Below are positions 38,601-51,326 of a DNA stretch of 64,000 bases, piece after piece. The notes beneath the pieces are model-generated. The model ran no database searches, was not told the origin of the DNA, and saw only the letters and a list, made by a program, of their open reading frames with translations. Every line of letters begins with the position of its first letter. The first letter of the stretch is position 1. The translations under genes and the position numbers were made by a program. The DNA is from Ancylonema sp. (taxonomy: Eukaryota): contig JBFLGF010000056.1 of assembly GCA_050230475.1 (NCBI GenBank), positions 1 to 64,000 of the forward strand, read 5' to 3'.

Positions 38601-41362
38601 CGGGATTTTAAATTTTTAGGTTTTTAGGTTTTCAGATTTTCAGATTTTCAGATTTGATTGAGTATTTCATTTCAGAGTATTTCAGGTCTTTACATTTCAT
38701 ATTATTTTTGTTCATCCGTTTATTGTTCTGATTGGAACGCCATTGCGTTCAGGGGTGCACCTCGTCCGTGATGGCTAGCAGGTCGTGTTCCTGGCAGACT
38801 TGAGCGACAGCTCTCAGCTCCTCATGCGTCAGCACTCGGCCAGTAGGGTTGTTGGGGCTGGGATGGGTGGGGGGGGGGGGCAGGAGAGGAAGAAAACGGG
38901 GGTGGTGAAGGGGGAAAATAAAAGGAGGACAGTTTTACATGGGGGGGATGACAATGACAGGATCTTACAGAAAAAATAGATCAAAAATGCAAAAAAATAC
39001 AAAAAATGCAACGCTTGATACAAACAAAAGAATAATTATGAAGTAAAACAATGTAATGATGCTATCTTATAATAAAAGTGAGACGATGCCCATAAAAAAT
39101 GATGTGATGATACACCAATTTGTTTTATGAGGTAGATGATGATGATATGCTTAGAGATAACTTTCATCAAAAAATAAAAAGGTGGCAACGATGTATGATG
39201 GCTATGTGTTGGAAACAAGGTGGTGAAAACTGCAAGAAGAATAGCCAGTCACAATTTCAGTACCTTTCCTCAATCATATGATACTTATTTTACCTGAGTG
39301 CATGAGACTAAGAAGTTCTGAAGATAAGTGAAGACTTGTGCTGTGGTCAGCAAACGATACCATCCAAAAAATAGGGCTCCCCACAGAACCATCCAGATCA
39401 TCCTCACCTGTTGATGATGATGGCTTTAGTCCGCGGCCCCACGTACTTTTCTAGATCTTTCTTCTGTACAGTCCAATCAGGAGGCTGCACCGGCACGTAT
39501 CTCTGACGCATACGAAACAGGCAGTCCCACCCTCCCCTTTGCAGTCATTGATCGCCATTCATATTTTTCACATGTGACAATTATTGTAGAAAGAATAAGA
39601 ACAGAACACAAACAAAATGGGGAAAGAATTGTCGCGAGTCTGGAGAAACAGCGTCCTGTTTCGTTTTCAGGATGAACGCACACTTCCCTTTGACGAATTG
39701 AGTATGCAAGGGAGGGGTGAGGCAGTGCTGTCGATAGGATGGTGGAATGGTATTCAGTGATGTATATTATGAGGTCGTTATGCATGATGAGGTCGTTATA
39801 CATGATGAGGTCGATATGCATGATGAGAACGGAGCATGGGTGGGGGGAGGAGCTTACCGGAGTGCCACCTGCCAGGCTGACGCAGGCGCCGTAGGTTTCA
39901 TAGGCGGGATCTAGAAGAAGGACCTCGTCTCCAGGCTCAACCACTGCACCCAACCTCACACTTGTGAGCTGTGAGAAGATATGGGAATATGGTCCTCTTT
40001 TTTTCTTTTTTTTTTTTTTTCCCCTTTTTTTTTTGGTGTTAGAAAGAAACAGCTTGCAAATACAAGACATTAAAAATATTGTGGAAATGTGGGTGGGGAA
40101 TCTTGGAAGTTGTTGCATGATGTCAATACCATGGTCAAAATGTTACAAGACCATGGTTAGTGTATTTCTAAAAAACATTGAAAATAAAAAATAAACAATA
40201 ATTTTGCAATCGAAAATGGATGTAAACTGCCTTTGATCACCCGTTTCGAGCGCCGTCAGTGTCCATGACGTCAGCAGATGACGTCATGCGCAAGTGTGCC
40301 ATCACCACCCTTTCTTTCGACACAAGAACTACATGGCAGAAACTCCTGAGTCTCAAACTCCTCAGTTGTGATCGGCCTTACCAGCTAGCAGCGCGCTGGA
40401 AATGGCTCCTGATTGGCCGCAGCAGAGAGCCACTTGGGAGGTCGGATCCACATGCAACCCGGAAGCTTCTGAGAAAGTGGCTGCGATTGCTGAGCATAGC
40501 TCCTGCGAATATCTGGAGAGCGCTCGTTATCCGAGGGTCCAGATGGCCAGCATCGCATTTCATTTAAAAGACTAGTACAGACTGCTGCACTGGTTAAATG
40601 CAGCACGTGTGCGAATCCGAATCCAATTTCGAATCCGATTCCAAATCGGATCGGACTGAGCTCGTGGCATGTACTCTGGGCATGCAATTTGCTCTGCTCC
40701 GTCATGTATCCTGGTTGCATCGGAATATGTGAGGCCAGAATGGATGGATACCATTCGCACCAAACGCATGGAACACACAAGAAAGTGAATTGTAAGCTCG
40801 CTGTCGGCATGGTGCAGCACTGTTTTGTTCAGACAGCTTGTCGATGCTTTCCAATGGTAGTGTGCGGCACACTCACCTGTACTGATTCACATCATCTTGG
40901 ATCGCCTTTGTGGCTGCGGTTTTCAAATTGGATGGTGTCGCGTAGTCAGGAATGCCTGGAATTATATACGAACAGAGGGATCGAGTCAGCTTTGGGGATC
41001 GCGAACAGGAACCTTGAAGCAAGTATATGGTGAGGATTCCGAGTCAAGAAAAACAGTACATTGGGGTGAAAGAAAATGTCTGCTTACCTTTCACTTCAAG
41101 TCATTTCACGCATTCAACATGACTGGACAAATCACCATTGAACTTTATCTCCCGCACGTAAGTCGTGAAATAGAAAACCTGATTCGCGGAGGAAGGTGGC
41201 GTCTCTCTGATCATCGACGGAAAGAATTACGGCCCCCCTACCTTCCGCCAGATTAATAGCTCCACATTCGAGAGCAAGCTGTGACAGCTGCCCAATAAGA
41301 GACGGGGCAAAGGAGCGCGCCCGAGATGCAAGCCACTTCTTGGATTTTTGTGATTCTGCCAT
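35682..41362 (-). CDS. Class I/II PLP-dependent aminotransferase, kynurenine-oxoglutarate transaminase-like, 11 exons
   Basis: Exons: 41362-41242 (AINLAEG), 40955-40877 (IPDY..NQYR), 40512-40382, 39943-39858 (PGDEVLLLDPAYETY), 39502-39408 (RTKAIIINS), 38857-38761 (PNNPTG..AITDE), 38105-37991 (VYE..SSLSKTYGVTG, PLP lysine), 37483-37329 (WRIGW), 36718-36593, 36319-36160, 35929-35682 (YVRVAFCK). All phases are consistent. Confidence 0.94.
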
Positions 41363-41524
41363 TGTGCGGGGTCTACTACAGCAGGGCGTTTATCTGATTA
41401 CTGATTTTTAACTAACAGAGGCAGCATTTTGGGCCCTATGTACCTCATCAGCACATCATTTACGGACATATCACCCCGGTTTAGCTCCATCTGACTCTAT
41501 CTCCTCCTCTTGGCTGCAAACCAG

Positions 41525-41830
41525 GTCCGTTCCGACCTCGAATCCCACAGTGCTGACCCGAGACAGTGTTGGACAGTGTGCTTCACCTCGAGAATTCCGA
41601 TAACGGCAGCGCAGCTCTGTGCAAAAAGAACATTTTGTTCTTGTAATCATTATATCGCAGAAATTATATACGGACGCCGTGCATGGTACAGTACCCGAAG
41701 GGAACTGAGCCGCACCGGATTGCTATATGAAGTGACGTTGTATATTTTCGTTATAACCAACGATCACAAGGAACACGAACGCTATTGGTTTAAAGATTCC
41801 TGGCGACCGTTGGTGTGCCACTCAAATTTT
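41525..41830. promoter_or_regulatory. Putative MSA (AACGG) elements in the divergent promoter upstream of the TPX2-like gene
   Basis: CCGTT (~41527), TAACGG (41601) and GACCGTTGG (41805-41813, = CCAACGGTC on minus). Confidence 0.35.
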
Positions 41831-42230
41831 GGTTTGTTGACCGAAGCGCTAGTCACCAGTTTGGTCAGACTCCATGGCACTGACCATGGCCAGACAGCGT
41901 ACTGAGCTATATGTACACCCGAGGACGCAATCCTGGCTGAGAGGAATTTCTAGGACCGGAGGATCATGCCTCTTACTCAGTAGAATATAATGCAGGTCGA
42001 GAGACGCGTGAGTTTGCAAGGGAAGAAGAGTTAAAAATCCTATCTGACGCTGGCCAAGAGAAAGTGTGTATCGAAAAAATACTGAGGAGGCAACAGCCAT
42101 GAAAAAAAGGAGTCCAACGCCTGCATCTGTTGCAGAGAATCCCTTAACAAAAGATTTTCGGAATCTTCCACTTTGAGAAACACCATCATGGAAGCGCAGG
42201 GCAATAAACTGTGGCTATGGCAGGGATACT

Positions 42231-45200
42231 GACAGACAGGAAAACAAAGAGCCTGGTGACGGGGCTGCTACGACCCCGAATATCAATTCAGTGAATACCC
42301 AATATTTAAGTTTAGAGGAAGTTACGCCAGCGAGTAAGAAATCGAAGTTTACGACTCCTGTCACAGCTTCCCAGTGCAGTGGTTCTGTTGGAAAATTGAG
42401 GTTGAAATATGAGCGAAGCGACACAAAGCAGATATCCACGCCTCAAAGATCCTCGGCGTTGAAGCGTGGCATTGCGGTCAACCGTTTAGCCTTGGAAAGT
42501 CCACAAGAAGTGCTCCCTGCAATCGGGGACGGCTATGTGCCAGCTGTGGTCGCCAAGCTGGAGCGGGCAGCTATTAAAGACGCAGCAACACGTTTGCGCC
42601 TGTTCCCGAATGTGACCTGTTCTTCTCATGAACAGGCTCAAACTTGCCTGACATCTGAATCCGAAGAACAGCGACCAACTGACATGAGAGCCCCTGAGAA
42701 AGGAGACCTTCCAAGGCTGACATCAACAATATCAGAGGCGACCACACGTGACAGATTCGGCTCTGCAGAGCAGAAAAGTACTCATACTTCGGCTGAAGTT
42801 CCAGGTGTGAAGGTGTGCCTGCTGGAGCTGAAGTCGCAGGTAGAGGAAATAACGTTTGAATCCTACCATGGCTACCAGGGTTGTAGCAGTAGAGGGAAGG
42901 GATTATGCAACCGGTTCAGCGAGATGAGCTTGGAACGGCGAGATACGAAAGTGCTGAAGAGGAGAAGAGAGATGGGGTTGAAAGCTCAAATGAATAAGAG
43001 CTTGGCTGTATTGCCAGCATCAAAGAGGAATGGACTCAGGGGAGGTACGAGATGTGCCGATCGAGAAGTGAAGAAAGAGCGTCTTCAGAAGAAAATTCAG
43101 AGGGTGCAGAAGGTAATCATGTCTCATTGGTGAGCTTTTGTAATAACAGGATCATTGTTGCTACAGATCATGATGTGCATATTGAATCGATGGAAAAATG
43201 AAAGAAAAAGGATGGTGATGTAGTTGCTGTGTGATGCTCACCAGTTCTATAAAGTTGGGAAACGATCGATCGATGCATGCCAAATGAGCTCACTCTTGCC
43301 CTGGTGCCGTACTTCTCTTTCAATCCTGTCTGTGCCTGTGCCTGTATCTGGACATCCATTGATCCAGTGAGCTGCTGCAATTCTCCCATTGGGATAAGTA
43401 AAGAAAAAAAGAAATAAGTATGTGGAAGTTCTTTTTCGGAAACAATTGTAAATTCTAATGGTGTACGTCACAAAAAATGACATTTTACAACGTCACCATT
43501 GCCTCTCTGACATTCCTTCTGTACTCATTCCGTACTCATTCCGTACTTGCTCCGCACTTATTCTGCACTTAACAGGGGTGGGCAGCAGCGAAAGTTTTAG
43601 CCCAAAATGAAACCGACACAATCAAAGGCCATGCAGAAACGATTCTCCCTTTTCCAACCACCACCCTCGCATCCTCCGCCCCCAACCCACCATCGACGGC
43701 ATTTCAGAGCGAGCGAGGGACCAAGAACCAGATGAGGTCTTCCTCCCAGCCTCCGTCATCTGCAAACCCGACATTGGCAAAGTGTCTCCACGAATCAGGC
43801 TCAAGGAATGATCCGAGCGGGGGAGGGAAGGTGGGAGAGCCGAGAGAACCGCACTCAAAAGTTGGTTTTGCAGCGGCGGGAAGAGGAAGTGCTGCTCCTG
43901 TCCATAGGTCCACACAAGCGAAGCCATTCAACCCCAGCACCGAGGTGAGAAGCGACCCTGTCCTGGGCTCATCACTGAGAAGAATCGTTGCAGCTAAGAA
44001 TGCAATGAGGTTGAGAATGTTCCGTAGGAATGGACTTTGAGATGCGTGGCAGCCTTGAAGCACATTCTCGCTTGTGTGTTGCATTCCCGTGGCTGCATGT
44101 CTTTCAGTACAACACAAAAACGAGAAAAGCACAACATCGTATACGGTTTTCATTTTTACAAATGCTGCTGGATGTGCTGTGTTCTGCAGGCAAGGGGCAT
44201 GGAGAAGCGGAGACTCCTTGATGAGCAGATCCAGGTGGAGAGTTGGAGGGAAGAAGCTGCTCGACTGCCCCGTGCCAATCCGCTCCCGTGGACACTCGAC
44301 GAACCTCAGGTCGGTCCTCAAAACCACTCCCTCCCTCCAATTGGCTCAACCTGTAATTCTTTTGCCAAGTCTGTGATGTTTTGAAATGTTGTGTGACATT
44401 TTGTGACATTTTGTGACATTTTGTGACATTTTGTGACATTTTGTGACATTTTGTGACATTTTGTGACATTTTGTGATAGTTTGTGATACTTTTCAAGATT
44501 TTGTGATAATGTGTGAAATTTTGTGACATTTTGTGATAGTTTGTGATACTGTGTGACATTTTGTGATATATTGTGACGTTTTTGAGAGACTTTGTGATAA
44601 ATATTGTGATAGTTTGCGACGTTTTGTGAGACTTAGTTATATTTTGTGATAGTTTGTGACGGTTTGCGATGGTTTGTGTATCACCTCTGTTCAACGTCAT
44701 GCACACCTCCAGAATTAGAAGTCGCGGGGACCATATTTTGGACTCATTTCACCCGCACCAACCTTCCGTCTGCAGATAATTCCAAAGCCCAGTCCCAAAA
44801 AGTCAACTCAAGTGAAGCCCTTTGACCTCCTCGGTGTGAAAAGGCACCAGAAGGCTCTGGAACAACCGGAGACAGAGGCAGCTGCTCAGGAAAGTTCGAG
44901 GAAACAGGCGGCACGGTTCAGAGCTAGGCCTGTGACGTCAGCGCAGTATCCCGTCCACAACTCCCTCTCTTCTCCACTTCTCTCCATGCTGGTTCCAGAC
45001 ATAAGAATCATTATCTATATTGAGAAAGTAGGTGGGAAACCGCATCTTGTGGTCTCCTCCCCCAATAACTCGGACCAATAACCTGCAGCAGTGCCCAAGT
45101 ACAGGGTAGAGGTCATAGGTTGTCGGAAACTTGTCACTGGTTACTGGTTACCGGTTACTGGTCACAGGATACGGGTTACAGGAGACGGGTCACAGGGTAT

Positions 45201-47281
45201 TGGTCACAGGTCGCAGAATACCGGGTACATGTCCCAGGTAACAGATTGCTGGAAACTGGTCACCTGTTACCGATCACCGGTTACATGTTACCGGTTATCG
45301 GTTATCGGTTTCGGGTCACAGATGAAATGTTACAGGTTTCCTTGTAGGGTACTGGTCACAGATGGGTTACTGGTGACATAGGGGGGATGGAAGATCACAG
45401 GTTGCTGTGTTGATTCCAATGCCTCGTTTCTTCCGACTCTTTTCTTTGACGATGAGAGCCAGACCTGCCCCTCTGCCTCCGAGGCAACTACCTCCTGCCA
45501 CCGTACCCCAACACGTGGTTCTCAAATCGAATTCAAGGGCGGAGCAGAGGAAAGGGTTCGACAAACTGGTATGGTTGCCTCTCCTCCCACTCCTCGTACA
45601 CATTTCTCCAACGTTTTTAGTGATTTTTTTCCGAATTTCAAAACCACGAGCCAGATGCCTCCATCTCCCACGAATCATAGTCTCGTCTTCAAAAATCAGA
45701 AAGGAGAATGAGTAGAGATGAGAGCAGACTCTGTATCGGACACGTGTCAATAGATGGTTCCCCTCATACGCCAAAGGAGAACAAAATTTGATTTCCAAAA
45801 CGTCATTAGCGATCCGTGTATTCCCCAAAAAGGTACATAGCATCTTTTCTCGAAGCACATTCATATCTATGCAGACACAGGAGCCCCCCACCCATCCCCC
45901 TCAACTCCTCCCCATCAAACCATATCAAACCAACTTGTCAAACTCAATTTCAGTACCCAGGAGAAAATTACACATCTCCTCGTCCATCTCTACGTCAAAC
46001 GCGAGCCACTCTGAGGTTGCCACGTGTCCTGCCAGGTGGCGGAGAAATACAAGGCAGTGGAGGCCGCACAGCGAGTACGGGCCGAGGAAAGAGACAGAGT
46101 GGAAAAGGAGGAAATCCGGAAGCTGCGCAGAGGAGCAGTGATCAAAGCCAGGCCAGCTCCCAAATTCGACATCCCCTGCCCTCCACCGAGGTACCCCCCC
46201 CCATCCCCACATCCCTCCCATCCCCCATCCCTGCTAACCCTCAACAGCATCCCCTACCACGCAACATAAATGCCGGTCTAACTGTATCGAAGCACAATGT
46301 TATCCCTGTATGCGTTCGTTACAGAGCGAGGACATTACATGGGAAGGTATCGACTTGTTTACTCACACAAACTCATCGCCATTGTTCTTTTTCCGACTCA
46401 GGACCAAGAGAATGCCCACCCCGCCCAACCGGCCTCCACCCGCATCCAACCCAAGGGAACCCACCATGCAACCGCCAACCAAACCACCAAGGCGACCTGC
46501 TACCTCTAACTCCCCGATCCCTTATCCTAGACAGGCCAGGAGCGCCTCTCCCCCCATATCCACACCCAAACCCAAACCCAAATGCACACCCACACCCACA
46601 CCCACACCCACCCGTACATTGGAGCACACTCCCACTCCCCTCTTGCCAATATCAAAGCAAAAGACCAACTCCCTCTCTCCTTCACCGATTCGTCCCCATA
46701 TCACCCCCTCACCTCCCCCCCGAGAGACCACCTCACTCTCTCTTGTAAAACGCAACGTGAACGCAAGAGGACAGTTTTGCACCCCCTCCCCATCAAGTCA
46801 AGGCAAAGGAGGGCCCACTCCCCTATCGACCCACGCACAACACATGTCTCCGCTATCCCTATTAGGACCGCAATTGGGGTCTCCTTTACTATTGCAGGCC
46901 GTGCCGATGGTATCGAAATCACAAACGAGTAAAGTGGCCACCCCAACGCCAACCAAATCTGGGAGACTAGGCATGACTCCCGAGCAAAGAAAGTTCTTAC
47001 TAGGCAGCGTGTCGTCGGCCTTTGGGAGTGCTGCTCCAAGATTTGGGATGAGCCTCACCTCCTCCTCCCCAACCCCCTCCCATTCCACGCGGAGCGGTGT
47101 TAAACCTGTCTCTCTTGTGTCGCGGTTGCCCACAAGGAGTGTGGCTAAGCTCTCTCCCAAGCTCACTCCAACTTGTACCGATTCAGATCATGATCATTGC
47201 GCGGGTCTTTCGACAAGGTTGAGAAGTGGTGTCACACCCTCTCCATACAAAGCCTCACTGCTCGGACGAAATGCAAGATGA
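42231..47281 (+). CDS. TPX2: TPX2-family microtubule-associated protein (start codon unresolved)
   Basis: Exons: ~42231-43112, 43576-43944 (STQAKPFNPSTE), 44190-44309 (ARGMEK..ARLPRANPLPWTLDEPQ), 44776-~44945 (PKPSPKKSTQVKPFDL..RFRARPV), 45463-45568 (RAEQRKGFDK), 46036-46190 (EIRKLRRGAVIKARPAPKF), 46402-47281. Motif order matches the C-terminal half of plant TPX2. Confidence 0.82.
44388..44680. repeat. 10-bp minisatellite (TTTTGTGACA)n in a TPX2 intron
   Basis: About 8 perfect copies followed by decaying copies. Confidence 0.92.
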
Positions 47282-48889
47282 TGTAGGACAAGATGACAAG
47301 CAAGAGTTGTCCACAATCATGATAAATGTCGCATTTGTATTGTCGATCGTTGTTAATGTTGATTTTACATGTCAAAAACAAAAATGTTCAAACGATTGTT
47401 CTCGTAGCTTCGGATTTTTAGTTTTCCTCATAGTTGAGGTAAGACAGTGAGTAAGTTCTCGGATTGTTCAACCGAACTTGATCGTGTATTTGTGATAACT
47501 AGGAAGAGGAGCTCCTATGGGGGCATCTTAGAAGCCTCGTGTCCGTATTATCTTTCCAAGAATGGTGGAGTGATATCAACAATTTTAGGACGTTTCATTT
47601 TTGGGGTGGAGCAAGTAAACGAGTTTGTTCAGAAACCACTCTAGGACAACGTTGAGTTGTTTTCTTCAACATCTCATAATTGTTGTTACCAAGCTCGTGT
47701 AATTCTGTCTGAAATTCAAAAAATATACATATTCACACCTCGTTGAGTGTGTTATGTGACCGTAATATCTCGGAGTCGTGAAGCCATCGATTTCTCATTT
47801 GTTGAGTACATCATCGGCGAAAAAATATGTATGACAAAGTACACAAGTTTCACCCGAGGAGGTAACAACAATTGTAAAAGGCGGACGTCCTTTGAACAAT
47901 TTGGGCTTAAACGTGTTCGGAGAAACTGAGTTTTATTGTAGTGAATAGTTTGTATGTGAGAGATACCGAAACATCGTACAAGCCGTGTGCTTTAGGTCAA
48001 GATTCTGGACTCAAAAAGCGTATTCATCGTATACATCGTACGCATACTTAAATTTGCCTCCTTGCCTCCTTGTTTTGCTTTGTAGTTGCAAATTTTTCTA
48101 CATCTCTTAGTCGGATTCGTCGGGTTCTTGTTTTGCAACACTAGAGATAAGGAGGAGAAAAGGCACGATCTACATTTGGTTAAGAAGGTACGAGAATGTC
48201 CGGGTGGCAGTGCTAGATCTTGTATAAATGTGCACAATTGATGTGTTGTGTCATCCCATATATGATCGTGTGCCTTAATGGCGTAATGCGCCGCCGGTTG
48301 CAATCAAGAACCGGTGCAGGCGAAGATGGCGCAAGCAGTTTCACTTTATAGCAATAGATATGATTGTTGCGCCAGCTATGATATATTACAATATACACCA
48401 ACAAGGTATGGTCAGGAAGAATTGCCTTTGAAATGTACTCGGAAACACCGATACATTGTTGGCACCCATCCATATGCAGTATTCATATGATGAGAATATG
48501 TATATCTCCACTATGGATTAGTGCGAGCAAACGGATGCGGAGGGATTATTGTGTTGATGCCATCGGTGTCAAACAGTAAGGCTGGCTTTAACCTTACACC
48601 TGGGCACGATTGGGTTACGGTTTGCTGATTCTCACTTCCTAGGTGACGATGGGATGAGGGGCTAGCGCACCCTCATTCCATTACGACCTTCCAAGAAGTG
48701 GGATTATAATCATGTGTTCACATGTTCTTCGGATGGGCAGGAATTTTTATTATTTTCAGGATATTCATACACCGATCCGTGGTGACACAACCCATTCTGC
48801 ATGGCGGTCAACATGTGCGCGCCGTACAAAGTTCAAGACTCAGGAGCTTACTTTCTCTTTGGGAGGGGAGTCAAAATCATCACGCACAT

Positions 48890-49171
48890 GACGGTGTAGA
48901 TATGTTGTGTACATATTGTGCACATGCACCCGATGGTGCATGATGTTGATGTGTGAGTGAGAGTAGTGTGGTAGCACACATGGCCTGGGATGCATGTGTG
49001 TGCATTGTACCACACGTGCGGGTTCGCACGTGTAAAACAGGGGGGAGTGTCAATGTGTTCATACGTATGGGAGACACGTGTGAAGCGTTTGATAGTGCAG
49101 TGGCACGTGTGTTTGTTCGTTATAGCGGTGTGTTACACGTATGTGTGTCCACGATGGTAGATAGCACGACA
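48890..49171 (-). repeat. Copy of the CACGTG-rich dispersed repeat
   Basis: GCACATGCACCCGATGGTGCATG...TTCGTTATAGCGG...CACGATGGTAGATAGCACGACA is the reverse complement of 10787-11070. Confidence 0.8.
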
Positions 49172-49785
49172 GTCGCAAGTGTCTATTACTTTGAATCCCA
49201 AGCGCTAGAATTCCATCTCAACATCCGCCACGAGTAGATGAATAAATTTGCGACCCTTCTTTCTGGGGGCTGAGAAAAAGGATCCGATTAAATGAATCCG
49301 AGGCTTTCGATACAAAGTGAACTACAAATATATAAATAAGACGCCAGGTAAGTAATTTACGATCCAAAGTAAATGCTTGTTGACAAAGATTATTGGCTGA
49401 CTTTTATCCTGATAACTTTGTAGTGGTTAGATGCTTTGTAGCATCGTAAGTTAATAGAGAGACTTTGAGTTGAATGACCCTACCCCCAATTGATACACCA
49501 AAATATTATACAAGTTGGCGCCAAAAGGTGCTAACAAAGCAAAAATGATGAAATCGACTGAGCACGACAAATTACATATTCCAAGTGTCACACTAGTCAA
49601 TACGTTTCGATTCCTCAAAAGACTTAAAGTTAAAGGATTAAAAAGTATCCAAAGCAGTAAAATTGCTAGCGAGATGGTTTGGAGCTTTCCGCGGGTTCAA
49701 GTGGCACCCTCTGTGCATCGCACCCCACGCTTTTGTGTCCCTCCTCTAAAAAAGCGACTCGTGGCCCAAAACACAACCCGAGAAT

Positions 49786-50400
49786 CATCTCGGCATTGAG
49801 TTGGGAGTGTTGAGAGCCGCTCTTGCAGCCGGGTACGTCATCCGCTACTGCACGTACGTGGGTTGTGCCGCCATCCGTCGCCGCATAGCACAAGAGGTGC
49901 TTCGCCAACTACAATTACAGTATCTAGTCCAGCAGCCCGACTCTGCCATTCGTTCGTTTGACAAACGCATTCCCCAAGCGATGTCCTTGGCAATCGGCCT
50001 CTTCTTGAGAGATTTGGTGGTACGACACGATCCCGTGGACTTGCTTGGTGCCAGGTGAGAGTGCCAGAGGGTCAGCCGAGCTGGACGTCAAGAAGGTGCC
50101 ACATGCTTTCGCTTCTAGTTATTTAACGACTTGGTGCGCATCATAAACTTCTTCCTGAGGGAGCATATTTCACCCCTTGTCTACATTTTGGAAAATACCT
50201 ACCCCAGTGAGAAGCATACGCCAACCGTGAGCAAAGCAGAGGAGCTAGTGCAGGCTTTCCTTGGTGCATCAATGCTAGTGGATGCAAGAGATATGAGGAC
50301 AGCAAGGCATCGAGTGCGGATATTTTGGACCAACTTCACGGATTCAGCCACCCTCCAAGAAGCTATGCCTAAACTTCTCCCTCCTCCTTGTCCAACCCGG
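49786..50400 (+). pseudogene. Decayed DNMT3-like C5 cytosine DNA methyltransferase domain, intronless, probably retrotransposon-derived
   Basis: One frame with two stops (50056-58 TGA, 50116-18 TAG): GIELGVLRAALAAG..PVDLLGAR*ECQRVSRAG..RF*LFNDLVRI..YILENT..FLGASMLVDARDMRTARHRVRIFWTN. This matches the motif I remnant, motif IV (catalytic Cys), VI (EN) and VIII (DA..HRxRxFW.N). Confidence 0.8.
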
Positions 50401-51326
50401 GCAAGGGGAAAATCGTACCCGGATTGGGGATGTCCAACTTAGGTTGGTTGGTCTAGACCTAGCTCGACGCAGGCTAAGTGAAGCTCGGCGCATGCGAAAG
50501 TAAATTGAAAAATGAAATGATGACAATAACCTCTCACGTGTGACCCGTGTGACATATTTGACTTGTGTGAACGTAAGCTGGCGAACTGCATTTTGGTGCT
50601 CGATTTTTTTATTAGAAAGGGAATTTCTTCACAATCTGTAACAATTTCCTGACCCTTTCCAGCTTCCCCAACCCGAGTTGTGGGGTCCGACCTGGGCTGG
50701 GGGAAACAAACCCGGATCCAACCCCCGACCCGAGATGGGGGTGGGGAAAGGGTTACAGAAAGATTGGGGGGCTGCTTCCAACCCCCAACTCCCAGCCCCA
50801 CAAGAAATGGGGTTGCGTACAATGCTGGTGGAGGTCCTCTCGTTATCGATGCTGACGTTAAAAACTGTGTAACTGCAGGTGTTTGCATAGGGAGCACCTC
50901 CGTGATCTCCGCCAAGGATGACCCCGATAGTGACCCCGATAGACACATCCACCGTGTATTGTGAGCCATCGGATTCTCGGCCGAACCTGCACGCGTGAGA
51001 TGCAGTCGCGCTCGTGTGACGTGGCATTCAGTCCACACCACTGGGATTTCGGATTGAAAACTGACGGGCCACCCCAGACAATATCAACCAGCCCCTTCTT
51101 CCCCAGCCACTGGCCTTAGGGTGTGATGGTGACTGAGTAGAAATACTGTTGTCGTTCCGTGTTCTACCACAAGGCTACTCCCTTAACGGGGACTGAGCCA
51201 AGTATGCCATCGGAAACTTGTTACGTGTCACGTTTTTGCAAATATGATTTACTAGTCAAAACGCTGAAATGCAGCAGACTTTTGAATCAGAGCAGCTGTT
51301 GTAAGAATTGAAAACACTCGCTTCAG

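Noticed and set aside
41510..41905. 131-aa ORF containing ERYWF as a possible TPX2 Aurora-binding exon
   Set aside because: Non-ATG start, only a few matching residues and no convincing splice link.
44104..44706. 200-aa minus-strand ORF with (CHKMSQNVTK) repeats
   Set aside because: Antisense read-through of the 10-bp intronic minisatellite in the TPX2 gene.
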